Assembly: GCA_965226585.1 (NCBI GenBank)
Contig: OZ245366.1
Coordinates: 416,001 to 480,000 of the forward strand
From: Thermodesulfobacteriota bacterium
GTDB lineage: Bacteria; Desulfobacterota_D; UBA1144; Nemesobacterales; Mycalebacteriaceae
DNA length: 64,000 nt
Direction of reading: 5' to 3'
Under the pieces are notes generated by a model. That model was not told where the DNA came from. It ran no database searches and saw only the letters and a program-made list of their open reading frames with translations. Of the stretch, positions 8,153 to 18,332 are shown piece after piece. A program made the translations under genes and the position numbers. Numbering within the stretch: position 1 is the stretch's first letter; the number at the start of each line of letters is the position of its first letter.

Positions 8153-8923
8153 TCACCCCTCCTGTTTTGTATCCTCTTCCTCTCCGCCGCTCTGCTGTTC
8201 CTCTTCTCCGCCCTCGCTCTCAGGCGCAGATTCCTCTCCGCCGTCTTCATCATCGTCCGCCGCCTCTACTGTCTCCGCGCCGCCGGTTTCCTCTTCTTCC
8301 GTTTGCTCCGTCTCTGCGGGCGCAGTTTCTTGTTCATGTGCCGTTTCCGTTTCTTCAGAGGCTGCCTCTTCTGAAACCGTCTGCTCTGTTTCCGTCTGCT
8401 CTGTCTCCATCTGTTCCGTTTCCTGAACGGCTCCTTCCGCCGCTTCCGCCGCCTGTTCCGGCGCCGTCTCCTCTTCCTCATCGCCCTCAATTTCAACGAT
8501 TATGGACGCTTTTATCTGCGCCTTTATCCTTACGGGAACCTCGTGTTTGCCGATGGATTTGATGTTTTTTTCAAGAAGGACGTTTTTCTTCTCAATCTCC
8601 AGCCCGTGCTGTTCTTTGAGCGCGTCCACGATTGTCTGAACGTTGACGGAGCCGAACATCTTTTCCCCGCTGCTGATTTTTGACTCTATGTTTATGACCG
8701 TGCCGTCTATCTTCTCCGCCGCCTCGCGGGCGTCTGCGAGCGTTTTTTCGCGTTTCTGTTTCAGGGCTTCAAGTTTCTTTTCCCAGTCGCGCAGGTTGGT
8801 TTCGGTTGCCTCTATGGCGAGTTTCTGCGGTATGAGATAGTTTCTCGCAAGACCGTTTTTAACGTTCTTCACCTCTCCCGCAAGTCCGATGTCGTCTATG
8901 TCTGATGTCAGAATGACTCTCAT
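8153..8923 (-). CDS. rplI: 50S ribosomal protein L9 with long acidic C-terminal tail
   Basis: MRVIL...VKNGLARNYLIP, KMFGSV, IKSIGKHEV; lies after rpsF-rpsR. Confidence 0.95.
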   Translation of the reverse strand: MRVILTSDIDDIGLAGEVKNVKNGLARNYLIPQKLAIEATETNLRDWEKKLEALKQKREKTLADAREAAEKIDGTVINIESKISSGEKMFGSVNVQTIVDALKEQHGLEIEKKNVLLEKNIKSIGKHEVPVRIKAQIKASIIVEIEGDEEEETAPEQAAEAAEGAVQETEQMETEQTETEQTVSEEAASEETETAHEQETAPAETEQTEEEETGGAETVEAADDDEDGGEESAPESEGGEEEQQSGGEEEDTKQEG

Positions 8924-8934
8924 TTTTCTCCGCC

Positions 8935-9180
8935 TTACTTGTGAAGGGTTGTGTACGGAAGAAGAGCCATAAACCGCGCCCGTTTGATGGCGGTCGCCAC
9001 TCTCCTCTGCTCCTTGGCATTCAAACCCGTTCCCCTTCTGGAAATAATCTTCTTGCTCTCCGTTACGAACTGCGAAATCAGGTCTGTGTCTTTGTAGTCA
9101 ATCCTCCTGCCCTCTTTGGCAAGGTTGCGGACTTTTTTGCCTCTTTTCCTGCTGTGCCTTCTCTGTGTGTGGCTTCTCAT
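8935..9180 (-). CDS. rpsR: 30S ribosomal protein S18 (no Zn-ribbon cysteines)
   Basis: IDYKD...KIISRRGTG...[22 protein letters not shown] at 9180 just after the rpsF stop. Confidence 0.95.
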   Translation of the reverse strand: MRSHTQRRHSRKRGKKVRNLAKEGRRIDYKDTDLISQFVTESKKIISRRGTGLNAKEQRRVATAIKRARFMALLPYTTLHK

Positions 9181-9182
9181 TA

Positions 9183-9689
9183 TTACTTTTCTCCTCCGGT
9201 GGATTTTGCCGATTTCCATTCCGCTCCGGCAGGCGCGGAGGGTTTTTCCTCAGGCGTCCGGTTTTGCGGGGCGGAAGGTCCCGGAGAAGACTGACGCTCC
9301 GGGCGGCGGTCTCTGCTTCCATCTCTGTCATCGCGTTTTTTCTCAGGCGGAGCGGGCGGCTTTTCCGGCTCTATGCCGCGCGCCTGATCCTCATCCACTG
9401 AAACCGTGATGAATCTCATCACCTCGCTTTTGTGAAATCCCAGATGCTTCTCAAGTTCTCTCACCACCGGGGGAAGAGCTCTGTATGTGAGGATGTGGTA
9501 TGTGCCGCGCCTGTATCCCTCTATTTCATAGGCAAGGTCGCGTTCGTCCCATTTTTCGTTTCTGATGGTCTCGCCGTCATTCTCTTTGAGAGCGGCGTCA
9601 ACTTTGCCCTGAATAACGGAAAGCGCGCCGCTTTCCACATCGGGTCTCACCAGATAAAGAGTTTCATAAAAATTACGTTTGTCTGTCAA
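9183..9689 (-). CDS. rpsF: 30S ribosomal protein S6 with low-complexity C-terminal extension
   Basis: [10 protein letters not shown]...[10 protein letters not shown]...GTY...EVMRFITV. Confidence 0.92.
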   Translation of the reverse strand: MTDKRNFYETLYLVRPDVESGALSVIQGKVDAALKENDGETIRNEKWDERDLAYEIEGYRRGTYHILTYRALPPVVRELEKHLGFHKSEVMRFITVSVDEDQARGIEPEKPPAPPEKKRDDRDGSRDRRPERQSSPGPSAPQNRTPEEKPSAPAGAEWKSAKSTGGEK

Positions 9690-9694
9690 CTTCT

Positions 9695-9795
9695 TCCTCC
9701 TGCTTTGGTCTTGCGCCCGCGCGGCTCACCATCCGCTTGCGGGAACAGGCAAGAAAGACCGGAACCACTATAACACGCTTCAGCCGCCGGTTCAA
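9695..9795 (-). promoter_or_regulatory. rpsF promoter and structured leader (S6:S18 autoregulatory leader candidate)
   Basis: TTGAAC (9790-9795) - 17 nt - TATAGT (9767-9772) with extended TG. The 5' part of the leader (GGUCUUUCUUGCC) is complementary to GCAAGACC-AAAGCAGGAGG next to the RBS. Confidence 0.6.
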
Positions 9796-9804
9796 AACTG
9801 CCGC

Positions 9805-11874
9805 TTAAAGTATAAGCGGGGCGATGACGAGCGATACGATTGACATCAGTTTGATGAGAATGTTCATCGCCGGTCCCGAAGTGTCTTTGAACGGGTCTCC
9901 GATTGTGTCTCCCACAACCGCCGCCTTGTGCGCTTCCGAGCCTTTTCCTCCGAGGTTTCCCTCTTCAATAAACTTTTTCGCGTTGTCCCACGCTCCGCCG
10001 GAGTTCGCCATCATCAGGGCGAGCATAACGCCTGTTACAACCGCTCCCGCAAGAAAGCCTCCGAGCGCTTCGGCGCCGAGAAGTTTCCCCACCGCTATCG
10101 GGGCGACAATCGCCACGATGCTGGGTGCTATCATCTCGCGCAAAGATGCGTCTGTGCTGATGCTTACGCAGGTTGAGTAATCGGGCTTTGTTTCGCCTTC
10201 AAGTATTCCCTTTATCTCCCTGAACTGGCGGCGCACCTCTTCAACCATTTTCTGCGCAGACCTTCCAACCGCGCCCATCGTGAGCGCGCCTATGAGAAAC
10301 GGCATCGTTCCGCCCATAAGCATTCCGATAACAACGCTTGGGGATGATATGTCTATCACTTCAAGCCCAACCGCGTTCACGTAGGCGGCGAACAGGGCGA
10401 GCGCGGAAAGAGCCGCGGAACCAATGGCAAATCCCTTTCCGATTGCGGCGGTTGTGTTTCCGAGAGAGTCGAGTTTGTCCGTTATCTTTCTCACGTTCTC
10501 ACCCAGACCGCCCATTTCGGCTATTCCGCCCGCGTTGTCCGCAACGGGGCCGTAGGCGTCAACCGACATGGTCATTCCGATTGTGGCGAGCATACTCACC
10601 GCCGCTATGCCGATTCCGTAAAGACCGGCGCAGTAATAAGATACTCCGATGGAAGCCGCTATCGTGATAACCGGCGCGGTTGTGCTGTACATACCGACCG
10701 CGAGCCCCTCTATGATGTTTGTGGCAACTCCGGTTTCAGACGCCTCGGCAATCTTTTTCACCGGAGATGACGAAGTGTAGTACTCCGTTATCCTTCCGAT
10801 AACAACACCTGAGGCAAGCCCGAATACGGACGCGAAGAAGATTCCCATCGCGCTGACGACTTCCGCCTGCTTGTAGAAACCGCTCCACTCAATTCCCGTT
10901 TTCCGCGCCACCAGATAAAGGGCGGCAAATGAGAGGGCGATATACACCACCCCCGCGATAATTGTTGACCAGCGCAAAACTATCTGCGGCTCTTTCTCTT
11001 TGAGCCACCCGACCGACTGCGCGCCGACAAGAGACGAGAGACTTCCGAGAAGTATAAGAACAACCGGCACGGACATAAGAACGCCCGTTTCCGCTACGCC
11101 GAGACCCATTGTCGCGGCGATTACGACAGTCGCGATTACCGCGCCCACGTATGACTCAAACAAGTCCGCGCCCATTCCCGCGACATCTCCCACATTGTCT
11201 CCCACATTGTCTGCGATGGTTGCGGGGTTTCTGGGGTCGTCTTCGGGTATTCCCGCTTCAACCTTTCCAACAAGGTCTGCGCCCACGTCTGCGGCTTTTG
11301 TGTATATGCCGCCGCCAATTCTTGCAAAAAGCGCGACCGTGCTCGCGCCCATGGCGAACCCTCCGATTGCCGAGGCGAAGTTCTCCGCCTCAAATCCCGC
11401 GTATCCCATTGCCAAATAGAAAGCGATGCTGAGACCCAGAAGCCCCAGCCCGGCGACTGAAAGCCCCATAACGTTGCCGCCTTTGAAAGCGGCTTCAAGG
11501 GCTTTTCCCTGTCCGTCGCTTGATGCCGCCTGCGCGGTTCTCACATTCGCTTTTGTCGCCGCTTTCATTCCGAAAAATCCGGCAAGTATGGAGCACCCCG
11601 CTCCCCCGACATAAGCCACGGCTGTTTCCCAGCCGATGAAAAACCCTATGCTCACAAACACGGCGGCAACGAACACAAGAATAATCCTGTATTCCCTTTT
11701 GAGGAACACCATCGCGCCTTCGTGTATGGCTTCGGATATTTCCCTCATTTTGTCCGTGCCCACGGGAAGGGCGCTCAGCCCTCTGTACACAACGTACGCG
11801 TAGACCAGAACAAGGACTCCCACCGCAATTCCGGCAAGTCCGACTGTGCTTGGCTCAAATATATTTTCAAACAT
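9805..11874 (-). CDS. hppA: Membrane-bound ion-translocating pyrophosphatase, K+-dependent type (probably Na+)
   Basis: [30 protein letters not shown] (Ala indicates K+ dependence), [14 protein letters not shown]. Confidence 0.95.
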   Translation of the reverse strand: MFENIFEPSTVGLAGIAVGVLVLVYAYVVYRGLSALPVGTDKMREISEAIHEGAMVFLKREYRIILVFVAAVFVSIGFFIGWETAVAYVGGAGCSILAGFFGMKAATKANVRTAQAASSDGQGKALEAAFKGGNVMGLSVAGLGLLGLSIAFYLAMGYAGFEAENFASAIGGFAMGASTVALFARIGGGIYTKAADVGADLVGKVEAGIPEDDPRNPATIADNVGDNVGDVAGMGADLFESYVGAVIATVVIAATMGLGVAETGVLMSVPVVLILLGSLSSLVGAQSVGWLKEKEPQIVLRWSTIIAGVVYIALSFAALYLVARKTGIEWSGFYKQAEVVSAMGIFFASVFGLASGVVIGRITEYYTSSSPVKKIAEASETGVATNIIEGLAVGMYSTTAPVITIAASIGVSYYCAGLYGIGIAAVSMLATIGMTMSVDAYGPVADNAGGIAEMGGLGENVRKITDKLDSLGNTTAAIGKGFAIGSAALSALALFAAYVNAVGLEVIDISSPSVVIGMLMGGTMPFLIGALTMGAVGRSAQKMVEEVRRQFREIKGILEGETKPDYSTCVSISTDASLREMIAPSIVAIVAPIAVGKLLGAEALGGFLAGAVVTGVMLALMMANSGGAWDNAKKFIEEGNLGGKGSEAHKAAVVGDTIGDPFKDTSGPAMNILIKLMSIVSLVIAPLIL

Positions 11875-11900
11875 CTTTAATCCTCCGTTTATGGCTTGGT

Positions 11901-12482
11901 TTAATTTTTATTCTCCAGTATTTGGTTGTGTCTGTTCATTGCCTCGGCAACCCCGTCAGACACTATTTCGCAGACCGCCGCCGCCGCGGTGTCTATTGAC
12001 TGCGCGACTGTTTCCATCTCGCTCCCGTCAAAGTCTGCAAGAACGTAGTCTGCAACGTCCATACCTCCGGGGGCGGGTTTTCCAACGCCTATTCTCACTC
12101 TCGCAAACTCGTTTCCAACGCTTGCGGCAACGGATTTTATTCCGTTGTGTCCGGCGCTTCCGCCGCTCAATTTTACTTGAATGCGTCCCACGGGCAAATC
12201 AACCTCGTCATGGGCAACCACAAGGTTCTCTTTTTCAATTCCGTAAAAATTCATTATTTTCCTCACGGGCTCGCCGCTGTTGTTCATATAGGTTTCGGGT
12301 TTGAACACAATCAGTTTCGTCTCTCCGTGAAAGCCGCTTCCGTAAGTTCCCCCGAAATCTGTTTTTGATATTTCAATTCCGGTTTTCCCGGCAACTCTTT
12401 CCACCGCCATAAATCCGGCGTTGTGTCTGTTTTTTCTGTAACGCAATCCGGGATTGCCGAGACCAACGACCAGAAAAACCAC
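11901..12482 (-). CDS. pth: Peptidyl-tRNA hydrolase
   Basis: [30 protein letters not shown]. Confidence 0.96.
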   Translation of the reverse strand: MVFLVVGLGNPGLRYRKNRHNAGFMAVERVAGKTGIEISKTDFGGTYGSGFHGETKLIVFKPETYMNNSGEPVRKIMNFYGIEKENLVVAHDEVDLPVGRIQVKLSGGSAGHNGIKSVAASVGNEFARVRIGVGKPAPGGMDVADYVLADFDGSEMETVAQSIDTAAAAVCEIVSDGVAEAMNRHNQILENKN

Positions 12483-12497
12483 CTTGAGAGTCTCCTC

Positions 12498-13199
12498 CTA
12501 TTCCTTGTCTCCCTCTTTCCCGGCAGACTCTCCGCCTTCCGCCGCAGTCTCCTCTCCTTCCGCCGCTTCTCCCTCCGCGCCTTCTCCCTCTTCGCCTTCC
12601 TCTCCCTGTTCGGTGGTTGTTTTGGCGGCTTCAGAAATTGCGGCTCTGGGCGCGATGACCATAACAACGGGTTCGTCTGCGCTGTTGAGAATTTCCAGTT
12701 CGCCCGCAAAACTCAGGTCTCTCACGTGAAGAGAGTCGCCTATTTCAAGCTCTGTTATATCAACCTCAATAAACGCCGGTATGTTTTCGGGCAGGCATTT
12801 GACCCTGAAGTTTCTCTCTATCACCTCAAGTATTCCGCCTTCTTTCATTCCCCGCGATTTTCCGGTGAATTCAATCGGAACTTCAACTCTCAGTTTGGTG
12901 TCCGGGTCTATGGACTGGAAGTCCAGATGCTTTGTTTTTCCGGTAAGCGGGTCTTTCTGAACGTCTTTTATAATGGAAAGCGAGGGTTTAATGTCTGAGT
13001 TTTCAACGCTTATTTCAAGCAGGGTGTTTTTGTCGGTTCCGAGCGCCGTTTTCAGGTCTTCGGGCGAAACCTCTATGCAAATCGCTTCCATTCCCTTGCC
13101 GTAGAGAACCGCCGGAATGAGTTTGTCTTTGCGGACTTTCACCGCTCCGGTTTTTCCGGTTCGTTCCCTTTGTTTTACTGTCAGACTGCTTTTCGCCAT
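12498..13199 (-). CDS. rplY: 50S ribosomal protein L25/Ctc with acidic tail
   Basis: IPAVLYG, HLDF, GGIL, LEIGDSLHVRDL; prs-rplY-pth synteny. Confidence 0.95.
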   Translation of the reverse strand: MAKSSLTVKQRERTGKTGAVKVRKDKLIPAVLYGKGMEAICIEVSPEDLKTALGTDKNTLLEISVENSDIKPSLSIIKDVQKDPLTGKTKHLDFQSIDPDTKLRVEVPIEFTGKSRGMKEGGILEVIERNFRVKCLPENIPAFIEVDITELEIGDSLHVRDLSFAGELEILNSADEPVVMVIAPRAAISEAAKTTTEQGEEGEEGEGAEGEAAEGEETAAEGGESAGKEGDKE

Positions 13200-13240
13200 T
13201 TCCTTTTTCCTTTTGAAACAAAAATCGCGTACTCAAAACC

Positions 13241-14194
13241 TCAGTTGAAGAGAGCGCTTATGGACTCTCCTCTTGCCACTCTGCGAATGGATTCCCCTAT
13301 CAATTCAGCCATACACAGGACGGTCAGTTTATCACACTTTTCCGTTTTTTCTTTCTGCGGGATTGTATTTGTTATCACAACCTCGTCAAAGCGCGAGGAT
13401 TTGATTCTTTGAACCGCGTCTCCTGAAAGCACTCCGTGAGTACAGCACAGTGAAACACTGCGCGCGCCTTCGTTCATAATAACATCAGCCGCCTGCGTGG
13501 CGGTTCCGGCGGTGTCCACCATATCGTCAATAATAATGGCGTCTCTGTCTTTCACGTCTCCGATAATGTAGTCAACATCCGCCACATTCGGGGCGGTTCT
13601 TCTTTTTGTGGTCATTGCGATATCCAGGCGCAACTTGTCTGCGTAGAAGCGCGCCCGCTCCATTCCGCCCGCGTCCGGAGAGACAACGATGGGGTTTTTG
13701 CCCGCGTATTTCTTTTCAAGGTAGTTGATAATCACGGGAGAAGCGTAGAGGTGGTCAACGGGAACATCAAAGAAGCCCTGAATCTGTCCGGCGTGAAGGT
13801 CTATGGTCATCACCCGTTTTACGCCTGAGTTCACGATGGTGTCTGCAATCAGTTTTGCCGAGATGGGTCCCCGGGGTTTCACTTTTCTGTCTTGTCTTGA
13901 GTAGCCGTAGTAGGGCATAACCGCCGTTACGGAAGCCGCAGACGCCCGTTTAAGCGCGTCCGTGATTATGAGGAGTTCCATAAGGTTTTCGTTAACCGGC
14001 GGGCAGGTGGACTGGACGACAAACACATTTGCGCCTCTAACGCTCTCCACGATTTCAGCGTAAATTTCGCCGTCGCTGAATCTGTGCAGGTTTATCTCGC
14101 CCGGTTTCACGCCGATTTTTTCACAGATAGATTCAAACAGCGGAACATTGGAACTTCCGCTAAACACTTTTACTGTTTCATCTAAACCGGACAT
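13241..14194 (-). CDS. prs: Ribose-phosphate pyrophosphokinase
   Basis: FSDGE, PYYGYSRQDRK, DLHAGQIQGFF, VSPDAGG, IIDDMVDTAGT. Confidence 0.97.
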   Translation of the reverse strand: MSGLDETVKVFSGSSNVPLFESICEKIGVKPGEINLHRFSDGEIYAEIVESVRGANVFVVQSTCPPVNENLMELLIITDALKRASAASVTAVMPYYGYSRQDRKVKPRGPISAKLIADTIVNSGVKRVMTIDLHAGQIQGFFDVPVDHLYASPVIINYLEKKYAGKNPIVVSPDAGGMERARFYADKLRLDIAMTTKRRTAPNVADVDYIIGDVKDRDAIIIDDMVDTAGTATQAADVIMNEGARSVSLCCTHGVLSGDAVQRIKSSRFDEVVITNTIPQKEKTEKCDKLTVLCMAELIGESIRRVARGESISALFN

Positions 14195-14212
14195 TTAACC
14201 TCTCTCACCCAC

Positions 14213-14271
14213 AAAAAAACCCGCCACACGGGCAGGGTGGTTAAGTATAGATTACAAAGGGGATTATGCAA
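14213..14271 (-). promoter_or_regulatory. prs promoter followed immediately by a terminator-like hairpin
   Basis: TTGCAT (14266-14271) - 16 nt - TATACT (14244-14249); then CCUGCC-cgugu-GGCGGG plus U7 (14236-14213) before the RBS. Confidence 0.45.
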
Positions 14272-14328
14272 GAGAGTTTGGGGGTGTTAGGCGGTTGTGT
14301 ATACTGCGTGAGAATTGGAGGGAGATTG

Positions 14329-14541
14329 ATGAGCGAGAAAAAGATACTGCCCGTGTTTCTGTTTTGCCTGTTTTTTGGCACTTTGGGCATCCACCGGTTT
14401 TATCTGCGTAAATTTGGAACGGGCATATTGCAACTGCTTACTTTGGGCGGTCTTGGCATATGGACACTTGTTGATTTTATAATCATCATTGCGGGTTCTT
14501 TTACCGATAAAGACGGAAATAAAATAACACAATGGGTGTAG
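14329..14541 (+). CDS. TM2 domain membrane protein
   Basis: LFFGTLGIHRFYL...TLGGLGIWTLVD; RBS GGAGGGAG. Confidence 0.9.
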   Translation: MSEKKILPVFLFCLFFGTLGIHRFYLRKFGTGILQLLTLGGLGIWTLVDFIIIIAGSFTDKDGNKITQWV

Positions 14542-14560
14542 TTCCGAGTTTCATTTTTCT

Positions 14561-15574
14561 ATGCGTTTTCTGGACAAAATAGTTAGAGAAGTCAACGATA
14601 AATCCAAAAACTACAACTTTGGCGACCTACAATATCGTCGTAGAGAGATTAAGGGCTTATCCCGGCTACCGTCAAAAACCCCGTTCAATCATTTAGCGAA
14701 TGATGAGAAATGGGCAATGCATTGCGGTGGAAGGACAGAGTTGCAATTCAATCTTGGCATTGAAGGAAATCATCTAAGATACGGCATTGCTTTTTCACTT
14801 GAAACCAGCCAAACACTTCCCAGCATAGAACCTTTGATTTCCAAGATGAAGTTGTTTAATCAATTTTTAAAGATGAATAGTGGAGACTTTTCGGACTTGA
14901 AAATGTGGCATCGGAAATCTGATTGTGCAAGAAGCAGTGATTATGAGCATAAAATAATTCGTAAGGAGTTATTCACAGAAGGATATTTTATTTTTCTTGG
15001 CGGTGAAAAAGATAAGAGCAAAGTTAGACCTTCGCAGATTCTTGAGACATTTGACAGACTCTTGGATTTGTATCTCTATGTAGAGAGTGACGGTAGCAAT
15101 GTTTATTTACCAATCCCCGCTCAAAACGCTACAAACAAAAGCCCGTTTGTTTTTAAGTCCGGCTACAGAGAAACATCCCCGTCAACTGAGAGAAAATCGA
15201 CAGGTAAAACAACTCAGACCAAGGGAAATCACGACAAGTTAAAAAATCGTCTGTATGACGAGAAAATACGGGAGCACGGCAAAGAAAATGTCGGAACAGA
15301 GAACCCTTCCGGCAACGGGCAGTTTATAGATTTAGTTGTTAAGAAAGGGTCTGAATTTTATTTCTATGAAATCAAAACACATGACACAGATCGCTTGTGC
15401 ATTCGTGAAGCAATTGGGCAGTTGCTTGAATATTCGTATTGGCCGGGTTGCAAAACAGCGAAGCGTCTTGTAGTTGCCGGAAAGCCGGAACTTACGGAAG
15501 AGGGAAAGAAATATTTGGAAAAACTGCGGAAGAAATTAAATATTCCCGTGTATTACGAGCAAATCACTTCCTAA
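14561..15574 (+). CDS. PD-(D/E)xK nuclease-domain protein, putative restriction/defence
   Basis: C-terminal IDLVVK...FYEIKT...[13 protein letters not shown]-rich relative to its flanks. Confidence 0.65.
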   Translation: MRFLDKIVREVNDKSKNYNFGDLQYRRREIKGLSRLPSKTPFNHLANDEKWAMHCGGRTELQFNLGIEGNHLRYGIAFSLETSQTLPSIEPLISKMKLFNQFLKMNSGDFSDLKMWHRKSDCARSSDYEHKIIRKELFTEGYFIFLGGEKDKSKVRPSQILETFDRLLDLYLYVESDGSNVYLPIPAQNATNKSPFVFKSGYRETSPSTERKSTGKTTQTKGNHDKLKNRLYDEKIREHGKENVGTENPSGNGQFIDLVVKKGSEFYFYEIKTHDTDRLCIREAIGQLLEYSYWPGCKTAKRLVVAGKPELTEEGKKYLEKLRKKLNIPVYYEQITS

Positions 15575-16355
15575 ACTTCCCGAAATCCACTTCTCTTTTT
15601 TCAATAAACGCCTCAACGCCCTCTTTTGATTCTTCGGTTGTGTGGAAAAGTTCAAGCGAACTGAGACCCATTCGGGAAATTCCGAAAATACTGTCCGTGT
15701 CGGCGTTGAAAGAGTATTTTGCCACCTTCAAAGCGGTGGGGCTTTTGTCAATTATCTCATCACACCACCGGTTCACCTCCGCGTCCAATTTCGCCTTAGG
15801 CACAACAACATTCACAAGCCCCATATCAAGCGCCTCTTCCGCGCCGTATTTTCTGCACAAATACCACATCTCCCGCGCCTTTTTCTCGCCCACAATTCTT
15901 GAGAGATACGCCGTTCCAAATCCGGCGTCCACACTGCCAACCCTCGGTCCCACCTGCCCGAAAACGGCGTTGTCTGCCGCTATTGTCAAATCACACACCA
16001 CTTGAAGCACATTGCCGCCGCCAATGGCATAGCCCTTTACCGCCGCTATAACGGGCTTCGGAATGTTGCGTATCAAGTAGTGAAGTTTCGCCACATACGC
16101 GCCAACTCCAAGTAGATTTTTCGAACCCTTCGGCTGTTTTTTCGCCTTCTGGTCTCCGCCCGTGGAAAACGCCTCGTCTCCCGCCCCCGTTAACACCACA
16201 ACACCAACGGAATTGTCTTTCCAAGCGTCCGTAACCGCCTCTATCATCTCATAAAGCGTCTGCGCCCGGAAAGCGTTCAGAACCTTCGGGCGGTTGATGG
16301 TTATCACCGCGCGCCCCTTGCGCTTTGAGTATTTTATGTCTTCAAACTTCGCCAC
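15564..16355 (-). CDS. Crotonase-family enzyme, BadI-like (2-ketocyclohexanecarboxyl-CoA hydrolase) or MenB-like
   Basis: [28 protein letters not shown]...[13 protein letters not shown] rather than the MenB GSFD. Confidence 0.75.
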   Translation of the reverse strand: MAKFEDIKYSKRKGRAVITINRPKVLNAFRAQTLYEMIEAVTDAWKDNSVGVVVLTGAGDEAFSTGGDQKAKKQPKGSKNLLGVGAYVAKLHYLIRNIPKPVIAAVKGYAIGGGNVLQVVCDLTIAADNAVFGQVGPRVGSVDAGFGTAYLSRIVGEKKAREMWYLCRKYGAEEALDMGLVNVVVPKAKLDAEVNRWCDEIIDKSPTALKVAKYSFNADTDSIFGISRMGLSSLELFHTTEESKEGVEAFIEKREVDFGKFRK

Positions 16356-16361
16356 CTGTCT

Positions 16362-17831
16362 CTACCCCCTGTACCATTTCGGCGCCGCGCCGCCCTTTGA
16401 TATGTTGACCGTTTTTGTCTCAAGATAATTCTCAAGCCCCTCCATTCCAAGCTCCTTGCCAAAGCCGCTCTGCTTCAACCCGCCGTACGGAGTCTGCGGA
16501 ACAATCCCCCCGTAGGTGTTCACCCACACATATCCCGCCTCCATCCGCCTCGCGCACCTCATCGCCCTGTTTCCGTCCGCCGTCCACACACCGCCGGCAA
16601 GCCCGTACTCCGTGTCATTTGCCATTTTTATCGCCTCTTTTTCCGTCTCAAACTCCATCACCGCCACCACGGGACCGAATATCTCCTCCCTTGCCGCAAC
16701 ATTGCCCGGACTTACTCCCCACAGAACGGTCGGCTCGAAAAACCAGCCCGCGCCGCGCCGTTTTTTTCCGCCGCACAAAACCTTCGCGCCCTGCCGCACC
16801 GCCTCATCCACGCATCCGCGCACCTTCTCAAAATGCTCTCCGGACACCAGCGCGCCCATCTCCGTGTCCGCCGCTTCGGGGTTTCCCGTTTTTATCTTTT
16901 TCACCCTCTTTACGTACATATCCAAAAACTTGCGGCGTATCTTTTTGTGAAGCAGAAGCTTTGTTACCGCCGTGCAATTCTGCCCCTGATTGAAAAACCC
17001 TCCGCGCAGGCACGCCTCAACCGCCTGCCCGATGTCTGCGTCATCAAACACAATGCATGACGCCTTGCCGCCAAGCTCAAGCGAAACCCGCTTTACGCCG
17101 TCCGCCGCGTTTCTCATAACGGTTTTGCCCGTGGCGGTTGAACCCGTGAAGGCGATTTTTGCCACCCCCGGATGACGCGACAGCGCGCTTCCCGCCTCAG
17201 CCCCCGCCCCCGTTACAACATTCAGAACGCCCGGAGGAAGCCCGGCTTTTTCCGCGCACAGTTTTGCTATCTCCGTTGTGGCGGCGGATGTGAGTTCCGA
17301 GGGCTTCACAACAACCGCGCACCCGGCCGCCAGAGCGGCGGATATTTTCCAGAACGCGAGCAGAACGGGGAAGTTCCACGGCACAATCAAAGCCGCCACG
17401 CCCACGGGCTCTTTTACGGTCAGCGATGTTTGCCCCGGTGAAACTTCAATCGTTTCGCCGCCGATTTTATGGGCAAGTCCGGCAAAGTATTCAAGCGTTT
17501 TGACTGAGCCGCCAATCTCAACAAGTTTGCTCTCTCTCAGCGGTTTTCCGGTTTCCCTCGTGTTGATGAGGGCGAGTTTGTCGGCGTTTTTTTCAAGAAC
17601 TCCGGCAATCTTCAGCAAGGTTTTGGCTCTTTCCCCCGGCGGTGTTTCGCGCCATTTCTCAAAAGCGCGGTTTGCCGTTTTTACGGCGGAATCAACTTCC
17701 GTTTTTCCGCAAAGCGCGACAGCGGCATAGGGGGCTCCGGTTGCCGGATTTTCCCGCGCGAAGTATTTCGCCCCGCGCGGCTTGACTTCGCGCCCGCCTA
17801 TAAACGGGTTACATTTGATTACGGGGGGCAT
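16362..17831 (-). CDS. Aldehyde dehydrogenase
   Basis: PWNFP, FTGS, LELGGK, NQGQNC, EEIFGPV. Confidence 0.95.
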   Translation of the reverse strand: MPPVIKCNPFIGGREVKPRGAKYFARENPATGAPYAAVALCGKTEVDSAVKTANRAFEKWRETPPGERAKTLLKIAGVLEKNADKLALINTRETGKPLRESKLVEIGGSVKTLEYFAGLAHKIGGETIEVSPGQTSLTVKEPVGVAALIVPWNFPVLLAFWKISAALAAGCAVVVKPSELTSAATTEIAKLCAEKAGLPPGVLNVVTGAGAEAGSALSRHPGVAKIAFTGSTATGKTVMRNAADGVKRVSLELGGKASCIVFDDADIGQAVEACLRGGFFNQGQNCTAVTKLLLHKKIRRKFLDMYVKRVKKIKTGNPEAADTEMGALVSGEHFEKVRGCVDEAVRQGAKVLCGGKKRRGAGWFFEPTVLWGVSPGNVAAREEIFGPVVAVMEFETEKEAIKMANDTEYGLAGGVWTADGNRAMRCARRMEAGYVWVNTYGGIVPQTPYGGLKQSGFGKELGMEGLENYLETKTVNISKGGAAPKWYRG

Positions 17832-17891
17832 AGGGCTGTATTCTACAACAGTAACCGTTTATGTGAAAACGAACACAAGGGGGAAAAGACA

Positions 17892-18314
17892 TTGAGCAAC
17901 ACGGTAAAAGCGGAAGGAAAATGCCTTTGCGGGGCGGTGAAGTTTACGGCTGAAGAAGCGGCAAAAAGCGTTGGGGTGTGCCACTGCGATACGTGCCGCA
18001 GGTGGGGCGGAGGCCCCTTTATGGCAACCGGCTGCGGCTCAAAGGTTGATTTTGAGGGCGCGGACAACATAGAGGTTTTTGATTCGTCAGACTGGGCGGA
18101 GCGCGGCTTTTGCCGCAAGTGCGGAACACATCTGTTTTACAGAATAAAACGGAACGGGGCGCACATGATGACCGCCGGTCTTTTCGGCGGCTCGGTTCCG
18201 TTTGAGTTGACCCACGAGGTTTTTGTTGACGAAAAGCCCGAATTTTATGACTTTTCGGGCAACACCGAGAAGATGACCGGCAAAGAGTGCTTTGAGAAAT
18301 TCAAGGCGGAATGA
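17892..18314 (+). CDS. GFA family (CENP-V-like) protein
   Basis: GKCLCGAV, CHCDTCRR, RGFCRKCGT. Confidence 0.92.
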   Translation: MSNTVKAEGKCLCGAVKFTAEEAAKSVGVCHCDTCRRWGGGPFMATGCGSKVDFEGADNIEVFDSSDWAERGFCRKCGTHLFYRIKRNGAHMMTAGLFGGSVPFELTHEVFVDEKPEFYDFSGNTEKMTGKECFEKFKAE

Positions 18315-18332
18315 CGAGGGTGATTTCTGAAA

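Noticed and set aside
14195..14328. tRNA-Gln expected upstream of prs
   Set aside because: No cloverleaf or GTTCGA motif on either strand.
14542..14560. Possible third scar (3' end of the crotonase gene) before the orphan nuclease
   Set aside because: Only about 13/19 nt match, too short to separate from chance.
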